64,000 nt of DNA from Promethearchaeota archaeon (lineage in GTDB: Archaea; Asgardarchaeota; Lokiarchaeia; Sigyniarchaeales; SOKP01), in contig JBHLLT010000001.1 in the NCBI GenBank assembly GCA_048938855.1, positions 224,124 to 288,123 on the forward strand, written 5' to 3'. Shown in pieces: positions 20,048 to 29,367 of this stretch. The position numbers and the translations under genes were made by a program. Below the pieces are notes generated by a model that did not search any database, had not been told where the DNA came from, and was given only the letters and a program-made list of their open reading frames with translations. Numbering within the stretch: the first letter of the stretch is position 1; each line of letters opens with the position of its first letter.

Positions 20048-20212
20048 TGGGGACTGAGGGATTTTCCTGAAAACTTAGAGGGTAAGCTTCAATTTGAACC
20101 CTCGACCGACAGGTGTCCGCAATACAGCTTTTGCTAGTAGGATCTGGAGCCTGCTGTGTTCGGTATTGGAGCATCGATCGCTTCACAATCTACCGTGCTA
20201 CACCAAGTCCCC
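20048..20212 (-). tRNA. trnW: tRNA-Trp(CCA) with three introns (20189-20159, 20143-20115, 20092-20062); mature length 74 nt, CCA tail not encoded
   Basis: Acceptor GGGGACT/AGTCCCC-A, D stem GTGT/GCAC, anticodon stem GCAGG/CCTGT with loop CTCCAGA, T stem GAGGG/CCCTC with TTCAAAT; BHB-like junctions. Confidence 0.92.
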
Positions 20213-20245
20213 TTGAAAAGGTTAATTTATTAAAGATTGTATGAA

Positions 20246-20260
20246 ATTTATATCTTTTTC
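20246..20260 (-). promoter_or_regulatory. BRE/TATA-like promoter of tRNA-Trp
   Basis: GAAAAAGATATAAAT about 35-48 nt upstream of the mature 5' end. Confidence 0.45.
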
Positions 20261-20383
20261 TAAATCTGAGTAATGTAAAAACTATTGGAATGAAAATGTA
20301 CAGAAAATAGGTATAAACTTAGAAAATTGGATCTAGGTTATACGAAACTTTCACTGCTGAATTTCAACCTTTAATATCAGTTT

Positions 20384-21031
20384 CTAATCTATGAAATAGT
20401 AATAGTTAATAAAAATTAGTACAATATCCAAGTTCTTGTCTAACAAAAGATATTGATTGCATGAGTACTCCTCATAGCATACCCAACAACCTACATGCAC
20501 ATATTCTACATTTATCTCTACAAAAATTAATTCACTCAATCCTAATGTAGAATTATCACCGTACACATAGGGAATTTGTGTAAAATTCAAATACCAGCTA
20601 GACTGCCACCACCCATCTTTCTTTAAGATAAGTGACTGATTATCTTGATCCTTTAAGCTGAATATCGTATTGTTGTTATAAGTTAAAGATAATTTAGAAT
20701 GGTTTTCTGCCAAAAAAGAATAGTAGAGATGATGGGAATGGAATCCAGTATAATTTTCAATACGTTCCATTAAAAAATTTATTAAATCCCTATCAGCATA
20801 AGCTTTAAAATATGGATATAGATCTGGATTATAAGATTGATGCAAATATACTGTATAGTTTAAGTTTTCGACTTTATCAATGATTTTTTCTCAGTTTGAC
20901 AAATCTATATTGTATTCTAATATATAATAGACTTTAGAATTGCGTACTGCATTGTACAAAACTGGAAATATAACAATCCCCACTATAATCATACTAACAA
21001 TAAAAAGAAAAATTGGTTTCTTGTGCTTCAT
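20384..21031 (-). pseudogene. Paralog 3 of the Tyr-rich membrane-anchored family, interrupted by in-frame TGA at codon 47 (20891-20893)
   Basis: ATG 21031 MKHKKPIFLFIVSMIIVGIV... aligns with both paralogs; TGA replaces their CGA (Arg); the frame continues to 20384. Confidence 0.8.
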
Positions 21032-21057
21032 TAGTACAATTCCTTCAATATTGATAT

Positions 21058-21684
21058 TTAATCCTCGAAAATGTAATAGTTGATATAAATTAGGGTAATA
21101 TCTAAGTTCTTGGTTAATAAAAGATATTGCTCATACCAGGAGTAATTCCACTGCCACTTATAATCCAAATTTATCTCTATAAAAATTGATTCATTCAATT
21201 CCAATGTTGAATTACCATCAGATACGTAGGGGATTTGCGTGTAATTTAAATACGAGTCATGATACCCCTCATATGTTATCAAAAAAAGTGATTGATTATT
21301 TTGATCCTTTAAGCTCAATATCGTGTCGCCATCATAAGTTAAATATAGTTTTGAATGATTTTCACCCAAAAAAGAATAACGTAAATAATGCGTCCAATAC
21401 AAATATCCAGTATCATTTTCAATTAAACTCTTCATTGAGTCTATTAAAACCCTATCAACATAAGGTTGTCCATATTCATATGGATAAGAATAATAAATAT
21501 ATGCTGAATAGTTTAAAGTTTCGACCTTATCTATGATTTCCTCTCGATTCGACAAATCTATATTATATTCTATTATATAATAAATTCTAGACCTAATATA
21601 TGCATTATATAGAACTGGAATCGTAACAATCCCTACTATAATCATACTGACAATAAAAAGCTTAATTGGTTTTCTGTGTTTCAT
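21058..21684 (-). CDS. Paralog 2, N-terminally anchored Tyr-rich protein
   Basis: N-terminal TM; clear similarity to both neighbours. Confidence 0.85.
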   Translation of the reverse strand: MKHRKPIKLFIVSMIIVGIVTIPVLYNAYIRSRIYYIIEYNIDLSNREEIIDKVETLNYSAYIYYSYPYEYGQPYVDRVLIDSMKSLIENDTGYLYWTHYLRYSFLGENHSKLYLTYDGDTILSLKDQNNQSLFLITYEGYHDSYLNYTQIPYVSDGNSTLELNESIFIEINLDYKWQWNYSWYEQYLLLTKNLDITLIYINYYIFED

Positions 21685-21765
21685 TAGTTCCTTTTCATTT
21701 TTGATTTATTGTTAATTTTATTGCTTTATTAAATTTGAATATTCTTTTAACCTTCATTATTGTTT

Positions 21766-22404
21766 CTAATCTATGAAAATATCATAGTAAATATAAATTA
21801 GGATAATATCTAAGTTCATGTTTAACACAAGATATTGTTGATATCTGGAGTAACTTCCCATCCCCCACCTATACTCCAAATTTATCTCTACAAAAATTGA
21901 TTCATTCAATTCAAATGTGGAAATACCATCAGGTATGTAGGGGATTTGTGAGAAATTTAAATAATCGGTTGTATAATAATAATCTCCTATATAATCTCCC
22001 AAAAGAAGTGGGTGATTATTCTGATCTTTTAAGCTTAATATCGTATTGTCGTCATAAGTTAAATATAATTTAGAACAATTTTCACCAAAAAAATAATAGC
22101 GTAAATAATGCGACCAATACCAATATCCAGGATCATTTTCAATTGAGTTCTTCATTGAGACTATCAAAACCCTATCAACAAAAGGTTGTTCATATAAATA
22201 TGTACTAGAATAATACAGACATGCTGAATAGTTAAAAGTTTCGACCTTATCTATGATTTCCTCTCGATTCGGCAAATTTATATTATAATCTATTATGTAA
22301 TAAATTCTAGAACTAATATATGCATTATATAGAATTGGAATCGTAACAATCCCCACTATAATCATACTAACAAAAAAAAGAAAAATTGGTTTCTTGTGCC
22401 TCAT
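21766..22404 (-). CDS. Paralog 1, N-terminally anchored Tyr-rich protein
   Basis: N-terminal TM; clear similarity to both neighbours. Confidence 0.85.
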   Translation of the reverse strand: MRHKKPIFLFFVSMIIVGIVTIPILYNAYISSRIYYIIDYNINLPNREEIIDKVETFNYSACLYYSSTYLYEQPFVDRVLIVSMKNSIENDPGYWYWSHYLRYYFFGENCSKLYLTYDDNTILSLKDQNNHPLLLGDYIGDYYYTTDYLNFSQIPYIPDGISTFELNESIFVEINLEYRWGMGSYSRYQQYLVLNMNLDIILIYIYYDIFID

Positions 22405-22564
22405 TAACTTAAATGATTTTTTAACTTATTACTAATCAAGTTATTTTTTCAAAATTGAATATTTCTTTTTGGCTCATTTACAATAATAGTTACAACACCT
22501 CAAAAAACTTTGGTTGAATAACCTAACTTTTGTAAAAATTCTGATGTATATTATGTTTAAAATC

Positions 22565-23299
22565 TCAACTATAAAAGGGAAGTGTACTGAATTTCTTTTG
22601 GATTTCATTAAATGGGTGTAAAAACATTTTTTTGGTAAGCTCATTAACATCTTCTGTTCCTGAATAGAAATTGTACCATTTTACAGCCTTTCCAAAAACA
22701 ATCTTTAAAGTTGCCTTTTTGTTCAGGAGGACATCCTTTGCAACATTCTTTGGCATATTTGTCAGTGCTTCTTTAAAAGTTTTCTCTAAAGCCGTTTTTA
22801 CATTCGTTTTGGGCTTATCTTGTAGTTTTTTAACTACATTATCCATAAAATCTTTATATTCACTTAAATAATCAAAAGTCTTCTCAGTATATTCAATTAC
22901 CCTTTGAGCCTCAATTTTACTTAGATCAAAACTTTGAATTGTTTCTTCAATCCTTTCATTCGCTTTCTCTACAAGGCCATCCCTAATTTCCTTTATTAAA
23001 ACATCTATTGAGCTGCCACTAGATAAGATATCTTCAGCTCTCTGTGCTAAATTTAAGAGTAGATTTTTTTCTATTTCTAGTGGTGAGGATTGAGTAGTTT
23101 CAATGGCATTTTTCATTGGCAGGGGGGATCCCGTACGATATATATCATTTAAGGGTTTCTGTTCTTGCTGTGTTTGTTGTTCTTGTGATTCTTTCTCAAT
23201 GCATGAAGAACAAGAACCATTATACGTATGAACTTCACCTATCCAGTTTTCAGTATTATATACTTTCTTACACTTCTCACAATGATAATATTTTACCAT
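22565..23299 (-). CDS. Hypothetical protein with N-terminal Zn ribbon and helical body
   Basis: CEKC...CSSC. Confidence 0.7.
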   Translation of the reverse strand: MVKYYHCEKCKKVYNTENWIGEVHTYNGSCSSCIEKESQEQQTQQEQKPLNDIYRTGSPLPMKNAIETTQSSPLEIEKNLLLNLAQRAEDILSSGSSIDVLIKEIRDGLVEKANERIEETIQSFDLSKIEAQRVIEYTEKTFDYLSEYKDFMDNVVKKLQDKPKTNVKTALEKTFKEALTNMPKNVAKDVLLNKKATLKIVFGKAVKWYNFYSGTEDVNELTKKMFLHPFNEIQKKFSTLPFYS

Positions 23300-23439
23300 A
23301 AATAACTCATACTTTATTTTTAAATGAATAGAATTATTATTTTTAATCTAACAACATTGAATTTACAGTTATTTAATAAATAGGTTAATTTTCTATTTAT
23401 ACATTTATTAATATAATAAAATCTTGTGAAAATATTCAA

Positions 23440-24021
23440 ATGAATTGCATCAGGTTTAAAGAATTAAAATTGCGCCCTATCACAGTTTTACAGATATCTC
23501 TGGCTTTATTTATTTCATTAATATTTCAGTTTATAATTCCTTATTCATGGCAACCCTTAGGCACTTTCCTTTATGGTGTTCAGCATCATGGAGATCCTGG
23601 AACAAACCTCGTCATTTTCACATTAAGCCAGTGGTATTTTTCACTTTCGTTAGCTTGGTTTATCTACAGAGATAACCTATATATAAATAATTTCCTAATT
23701 TACTCAATTGTACCTCTTGGAATAATTATATTCTATGAATTTTTTTTCTTATTCCTATATTATGATTATGTCCATATAATTCCCTTTTTAGTGAGTTTAT
23801 ATTTGATTTGGAAAAAGAGAGAGACTTTATCACAAAAATATGCATTATTTATCATACCATTTAATATATGTTGGTTATTATTTGTATATTTCTTGAAATT
23901 GGCATATTATAATGAGGATTTAATAGTTTATATAAGAAATATTATCATATATTTAGTACTATGGATTTTTTTGTCCTTTCTTTTCAGATTAAAAAAAGAG
24001 AATGGAAAAAATGTTACTTAA
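23440..24021 (+). CDS. Multi-pass membrane protein
   Basis: About 6 hydrophobic helices. Confidence 0.7.
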   Translation: MNCIRFKELKLRPITVLQISLALFISLIFQFIIPYSWQPLGTFLYGVQHHGDPGTNLVIFTLSQWYFSLSLAWFIYRDNLYINNFLIYSIVPLGIIIFYEFFFLFLYYDYVHIIPFLVSLYLIWKKRETLSQKYALFIIPFNICWLLFVYFLKLAYYNEDLIVYIRNIIIYLVLWIFLSFLFRLKKENGKNVT

Positions 24022-24172
24022 TTTTGGTTTGGCAATATGGGCAGATATCGGTATTACTTTCAATTTCTTCTCCACATGCGAAACACACTGTTTTATTATT
24101 ACCATATAATATTTTTTCCTCGTCTATATCATGATCTTTGGTCTTTGATGTAAAAAATTTTTTATTAGACAT
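24014..24172 (-). CDS. 52-aa Zn-ribbon protein (absent from the ORF track)
   Basis: MSNKKFFTSKTKDHDIDEEKILYGNNKTVCFACGEEIESNTDICPYCQTKIK. Confidence 0.7.
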   Translation of the reverse strand: MSNKKFFTSKTKDHDIDEEKILYGNNKTVCFACGEEIESNTDICPYCQTKIK

Positions 24173-24417
24173 GATTAAAACATGAATTAGATTTGTATTT
24201 ATTTAAATAGATACTGATTAAATTTAATAAAAAAATGGAGTCCGATATTTAAGATTAATAACTTAGAATTAAATATCAAATCGTTTACAATAAATTTAAA
24301 AAAATTTTTTAGCAATTGTTCCTTCTAGTTAATAATTATGAATGAATTTAGAGTTTTGGGCTATCAAACCTGTTTAATAGAGGAAATGGCTCCAAAAACG
24401 CAGTGGGGTGATTAGGG

Positions 24418-24626
24418 ATGCCAGGTTCCCACGGGGAAGCTTAACTAAAGCAGGAAAAGTCAAAATGCAGACTCCGAAGATTGAGAAAACAGGAGTGAAT
24501 TCTCAAAAGAAAAAACCTCCAAGAATGAGATTCCGAGAACTGTATGTAGAAAGAATTGTTAAAAGTCGGTTTGGGGGGCAGCAGGACAGTTTAGGGGCTA
24601 AAAGATCTCAATTTTCACGAAGATAA
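24418..24626 (+). CDS. rps30e: Ribosomal protein eS30, with an apparent frameshift in the G run at 24433-24436
   Basis: ATG 24418 gives MPGSHG; the -1 frame gives GSLTKAGKVKMQTPKIEK...PRMR; GGGGTGA RBS upstream of the ATG. Confidence 0.85.
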
Positions 24627-24641
24627 GGAAATTAAATTATT

Positions 24642-26531
24642 TTAACCCTCTATTCCAATAGTTTGAAGTTGATTTTTTATCTTTTGGCCTTGTTTTAAAT
24701 AAAACTGAGATTTTTCCCGATTCAGTTCAAAAGTTAGATAATAATCGCTCATAAGTAAATTCCAGCGGACGGCTCTTTTCATATTACCAATCTCTTTTAA
24801 TCTAATTTGACTCTCAAGATTCGTTAACAGAGTGTAAGCTTTTTTTCCATCTCTTTTATAATGAATATAAAATTCAGAAAGCTCAAGGATTAGATCAGTC
24901 AAAGGTTTAATAATCTCATCATTTTCAAAATCTATATCAATATTATCTAATGCCCCCTTGAGAAATTTTTGAGTGAGGGACAAGTTCCCATGGTTTTTAT
25001 AAAATGTTCCACGAAGGAGAAAATATTTTAATTTTACTTTCAACTGGTCATTTCCAATAAGATAAGCACTCTTAAAATATGCTTTGGATTCTTCAATATT
25101 ATTTTGTTCTAAGAGAATTAACCCAATATAAATATTAGCTAAACCTAATAGTATTTCTTTATTAACAGAGATTTCTTCTCGTTCCAAAAAATTAATTATT
25201 ATATTAAAATGGGTAGAAGCTTTTTCAAAATGTTTTCTTTTATAATAGATAACACCTAGTTTATAATGGATTTTTATGATCAAATCTACAGGGATTTCTC
25301 CAGACTTAGCAACACCTAATGCATTTTGTAAATAGTTAAGTGCTGTATCATCATGGTTTAGGAGTGATGCAATTTTTGCTAATTTCAATAGTATTGATAT
25401 AACTACCTTCCGTTGCTGATTTTTATTGAATACAATTAAAAGTTCATTTAGTAATTTAGCAACTTCTTCAAATCTGTAATTTTTAATAAGTTCTCCAGTT
25501 TCCTTATACTGATCCATTGCCTCTATTACTTCAAAATTTGTAGGGGGATTATTAAATAGATCTTGATCAATAGGATACAGTTCTTTTGTTATTGAACTTT
25601 CATAATTTAAAGCAGAAAAAGGAAAATTGTTTTGTTCTTCTACGAAATTATGAAGATTATATAAAAGTTCCTTTTCTGGGCGAAATTGAATAAACTCAGT
25701 TAAGTTGAGTTCTATTTTATTTATAATTTTTACTAAAGAATTTAGTATTTGACGCGAGAATTTAACCCAATTTTCCACAAGTTCCTCTAATTTAAATCCT
25801 GGATTATCACTAAATAATTCAGAGAGGATATAAGGGGTATAACTATCGAAAAAACTTCTAAGATAAAATTTATTATACTCTAAATCTTTAAAATAAGTGA
25901 AATACCCTTTCTCCAAAATAAAAAATTCATCATAGTTTCCATCATTTGAAAACAGAAGGGTCTCAGAAGTTCTGAGTTTTGGGATTCCATATTTTAAATC
26001 CCAAGGAGTATTAAAACTTGGTTTTAATCCAAGATTTTTTAGAGTGTCTAATAATCGTTTTAAAAGTTCATCAGAATAATCTTTTAACTTCTCTTTTTTA
26101 TTCATCAACGAAATTCTTATACGATTTAGCCAAGTACTCTCATTTTCATTTTTTATAAGTTCTGGAATTATTAAATTCAATAATTCTTCAAGTTGTAGCT
26201 TTTTTTCATCTACCGGGAAGCTATGTTCTAGGGTTAAAGATAAAGCTAAATTCCTAAGAGCCTTCATTAGATAAAGTATTAAGACAAATTTATCTTGATT
26301 TAAATTCCAAAACTGGAAAGCTACTGAAAGCCGGAAACTAACCACTTCAAATGGAATATTAATTCTTAAAGGTAAAGTGATTGGAAATTTAATTGTGAAA
26401 AGTATAATTTTTTTCTTTTTAATACTATAACGAAAATAGTTTTCAATTGTACCCTCTATTCTCCATCCATTCTTTTCTATAAATTCTCTTAAGTTAGTTA
26501 TCTCGTTTGCGGAAAAAGGATTGATTGACAT
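24642..26531 (-). CDS. Protein with C-terminal TPR repeats
   Basis: IHYKLGVIYYKRKHFEKASTHF and ANIYIGLILLEQNNIEESKAYF. Confidence 0.75.
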   Translation of the reverse strand: MSINPFSANEITNLREFIEKNGWRIEGTIENYFRYSIKKKKIILFTIKFPITLPLRINIPFEVVSFRLSVAFQFWNLNQDKFVLILYLMKALRNLALSLTLEHSFPVDEKKLQLEELLNLIIPELIKNENESTWLNRIRISLMNKKEKLKDYSDELLKRLLDTLKNLGLKPSFNTPWDLKYGIPKLRTSETLLFSNDGNYDEFFILEKGYFTYFKDLEYNKFYLRSFFDSYTPYILSELFSDNPGFKLEELVENWVKFSRQILNSLVKIINKIELNLTEFIQFRPEKELLYNLHNFVEEQNNFPFSALNYESSITKELYPIDQDLFNNPPTNFEVIEAMDQYKETGELIKNYRFEEVAKLLNELLIVFNKNQQRKVVISILLKLAKIASLLNHDDTALNYLQNALGVAKSGEIPVDLIIKIHYKLGVIYYKRKHFEKASTHFNIIINFLEREEISVNKEILLGLANIYIGLILLEQNNIEESKAYFKSAYLIGNDQLKVKLKYFLLRGTFYKNHGNLSLTQKFLKGALDNIDIDFENDEIIKPLTDLILELSEFYIHYKRDGKKAYTLLTNLESQIRLKEIGNMKRAVRWNLLMSDYYLTFELNREKSQFYLKQGQKIKNQLQTIGIEG

Positions 26532-26696
26532 AAACTAATCGCAATTAAGTTGTTAGTGTTATCAGAGTCATATTAAATTCTTATATAACTAATAGTGATT
26601 GTAAATATTAAATTTTGTATCGACATTCAAATAAAGATTTTATAGTAGAATTTATTTGTAAAGATTGTATTTAAAAGAAGAAAAAAAGATTCTATA

Positions 26697-27374
26697 ATGG
26701 ACATTACACAATTTAATAAAGAATTAGCCAATAGGATAACAACAGCTAAGAGATATGAGAATAGTGGAGATATAAAACTAGCTATAAAACTATGGTTAGA
26801 AATTTCCGAGATGACAATAAGCTTATCGAAGAATCCGAAACTAGATGCATCGTTCAGGAACATGCTAATGAATCGTACAAAAGGAATTTTTGAACATGTA
26901 AGGAATTTAAAATCTGAGCAATTAAAAGAAGAATTATATTATGAAGGTAGTGAACCTTCAGAACTAGAAGAATCAATTGAACCAATTCAAAGTGAAAGTG
27001 AAGATCAATATATAGAAGAAACCGATCAAGAAACGATTTCAAGCTCAAATTCAGGGAGAACTATGAAAGTTATAGAAAATTCTGATCTTAAAAATCTTCC
27101 CAAAGGATTTAAAGAAATTGAAACCTCAGGAGATTTTGAAATTATTACGCCTCATGATAAAGATTTTGTAAAAAAACAACTTGATAAAGCTTTAAATAGC
27201 AAATTTTATAAGAAGCATGTACAAGGCGATTCAGAAGAAGACTCAATCCCACAGAAAAGAGTTGATTTTGAGCAACCTAAAGATGGAAATTATAAAATAT
27301 GTTTTGCTTGCGGTTATGATAAGCTCTCAGCCAAGGATAAGGTTTGTAAAAATTGTGGAACAAATCTGGAGTAA
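26697..27374 (+). CDS. MIT-like three-helix domain, acidic linker and C-terminal Zn ribbon
   Basis: AKRYENSGDIKLAIKLWLEISE...FRNMLMNRTKGIFEHVRNLK; CFACG...CKNCG. Confidence 0.65.
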   Translation: MDITQFNKELANRITTAKRYENSGDIKLAIKLWLEISEMTISLSKNPKLDASFRNMLMNRTKGIFEHVRNLKSEQLKEELYYEGSEPSELEESIEPIQSESEDQYIEETDQETISSSNSGRTMKVIENSDLKNLPKGFKEIETSGDFEIITPHDKDFVKKQLDKALNSKFYKKHVQGDSEEDSIPQKRVDFEQPKDGNYKICFACGYDKLSAKDKVCKNCGTNLE

Positions 27375-27423
27375 GACTATAATTAGGAAAAATATTTACA
27401 GTAATATAATAATTATATAGTTC

Positions 27424-27990
27424 TTATTGAGGATAATAGGTTTTCTTTTTTTTTGATTTCTTTATTTTATTGTATTTTTCAATAGCACGATCTCGCCAAA
27501 CTGTATTCCATTTCTTAAAACCAGATTTGACAAATTTTTCTCGTTGAAAAACGTCGTAACATACCCAGTTAAATAATACAAAAAAACGTTTGGCACCACT
27601 TTTACGAGTTAATTTTCTAGATCTTATACCGATATCATTTCGAAGATGCTCAACTAATTTTCCTTCGACCGCATCCTGTAGTTTCCCCTCAACTATAGCG
27701 TCTTCATAGTTAATGCCTTCTTCAATAAAATAATTCCTTACTTCATCAAAAATGTTGCCCCGACAGAGTTCAACTTTTTCAGAATGATTATCAAAATTTA
27801 GTTCATTTAATCCTTCTCTTACAAGTTTTACAGTTTCTTTCAATGGCTCCTTGTTTTTCCAATTTTCACCTTGAAAAAGAGTAACTCGTAGTGTCTTAAA
27901 AACTAATTTTCCGGTTTCCTTTCTTAAGAGTCCAATGAAAGCATTTCCTACAAGATCTCCTGTGCCAGCGTCATCAATTTCAATCGTCAT
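27424..27990 (-). CDS. Conserved hypothetical protein with RNase HII-like N-terminus
   Basis: IEIDDAGTGDLVG resembles the GIDEAGRG motif; LCRGNIFD. Confidence 0.6.
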   Translation of the reverse strand: MTIEIDDAGTGDLVGNAFIGLLRKETGKLVFKTLRVTLFQGENWKNKEPLKETVKLVREGLNELNFDNHSEKVELCRGNIFDEVRNYFIEEGINYEDAIVEGKLQDAVEGKLVEHLRNDIGIRSRKLTRKSGAKRFFVLFNWVCYDVFQREKFVKSGFKKWNTVWRDRAIEKYNKIKKSKKKKTYYPQ

Positions 27991-28097
27991 TCTTTTTAAG
28001 AAGATATAAATTAATGTTCTAATAATTGAGTAAATTAATTAAAAAATATCAAGTTTTATACTATTAAATAAAAAACGAATTTTTTGATTGTGGTTTA

Positions 28098-28886
28098 ATG
28101 ATAATTGAACTTTTAATGATTGGCAATGAGATTCTTATCGGAAAAACTCAAGATACAAATTCAAATTGGATGGCAAAAAGAATCACTAAACATGGACACC
28201 AAGTGAAAAGAATAACAACAATTGGCGATGATTTAGATACCATCTCCACCACCTTTAAAGCGATATTGCATCGAAAACCTGACTTAATAATAACTTCAGG
28301 TGGAATTGGTCCTACTTTTGATGATATGACATTAGCAGGGATTGCAAAAGGCTTAGGAAGAGAACTTGAGTTAAATGAAAAAGCACATAAATCAATTAAA
28401 AAAGTTTATGAACGTGCGTTTCATAAGGGTCTTTTAAAGCTTGAAGGTATGACAAAAGAAAGAGAAAAAATGGCTTATTTACCTAATGGGTCAATTCCTT
28501 TACCTAATACTGTTGGTACAGCACCTGGAGTCAAGATTAGGGAAGGAATAACAACTATTTTTATATTGCCTGGTGTCCCAGCTGAACTTAAATCGATGTT
28601 CAGGAATATTATTATCCCTATTTTGAAAAAAGAAGAAGGTAATTTTGTAGAAAAGGGATTCACATTTATGGGAATAGGAGAATCCCAAATTGCTCCTTAC
28701 GTAACAGAACTGGAGAATAAATATCCCCAATTGTGGATTAAGACTCATCCTAGAATTGGTTTGTCAGTAGAGGTGGAAGTTTCAATAACAGCATTTAATG
28801 TCGAAAATGGAGAAGAGTTAGCAGAGAAAGTGTTAGATGAAATTAGAGAGATTATCCTTAAATTGAAGGGTAAAATTAAAGATTAG
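28098..28886 (+). CDS. CinA-like molybdopterin-binding (MoCF biosynthesis) domain protein
   Basis: IGNEILIGKTQDTNS, TSGGIGPTFDDMT, NTVGTAPG and LPGVPAEL motifs. Confidence 0.9.
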   Translation: MIIELLMIGNEILIGKTQDTNSNWMAKRITKHGHQVKRITTIGDDLDTISTTFKAILHRKPDLIITSGGIGPTFDDMTLAGIAKGLGRELELNEKAHKSIKKVYERAFHKGLLKLEGMTKEREKMAYLPNGSIPLPNTVGTAPGVKIREGITTIFILPGVPAELKSMFRNIIIPILKKEEGNFVEKGFTFMGIGESQIAPYVTELENKYPQLWIKTHPRIGLSVEVEVSITAFNVENGEELAEKVLDEIREIILKLKGKIKD

Positions 28887-28918
28887 AAATATATTTCAAG
28901 GAATCTAATTATTATTTT

Positions 28919-29266
28919 GTGTTTGATAAATTTGGAATTATTATTAAAGATAAAAAAGCACCCACAGTCAGTTCAGATGAAATAAAATCAATTTTAACAT
29001 ATTTTAACACTAATTCACTTGATACAATAGTCTGTGAAAATATTATTGAAGCCAAGGATGTTATAAAAGAAAAGTATGAGGAAATTTCTTTTATCTACTT
29101 AACGAATCCAATCCCTACTTTAGAGGATAACGTTCATGATTTCGTAGAATTCATTAATAACAATGAGAATTATAAATACATTGAATTTTTTGCACGTATG
29201 CCAAACAAACAAAAAGAAAGTAAGTACAGATGGGATGATGATTTTATTGATTTTATAAAATTTTAA
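28919..29266 (+). CDS. Hypothetical protein
   Basis: 115-aa ORF. Confidence 0.55.
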   Translation: MFDKFGIIIKDKKAPTVSSDEIKSILTYFNTNSLDTIVCENIIEAKDVIKEKYEEISFIYLTNPIPTLEDNVHDFVEFINNNENYKYIEFFARMPNKQKESKYRWDDDFIDFIKF

Positions 29267-29294
29267 CTCCTTTATACATGAAATATTTCTAAAT

Positions 29295-29367
29295 AGATGC
29301 CACCTTGCGAGTGGAATTCTCAATAAGCTCCCACTATGAAGTGTTTTGGCTTACCTCATAGACATCT
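29295..29367 (-). promoter_or_regulatory. Eukaryote-type SECIS element of selD-1 (3' UTR)
   Basis: AGAUGUC U AUGA GGUAAGC CAAAA CAC UUCAUA GUG GGA GCUUAUU GA GAAUUC CACUCGCAAGGU GGCAUCU directly after the stop. Confidence 0.88.

Noticed and set aside
19998-20186. 62-aa ORF in the track
   Set aside because: Overlaps the intron-containing tRNA-Trp; spurious
20384-22404. Diversity-generating retroelement
   Set aside because: No reverse transcriptase or TR/VR pair; differences include indels and are not adenine-specific
19630-23299. Integrated element at tRNA-Trp
   Set aside because: No integrase and no duplicated tRNA end (att site) seen; only a 6-nt gggact match near 19990
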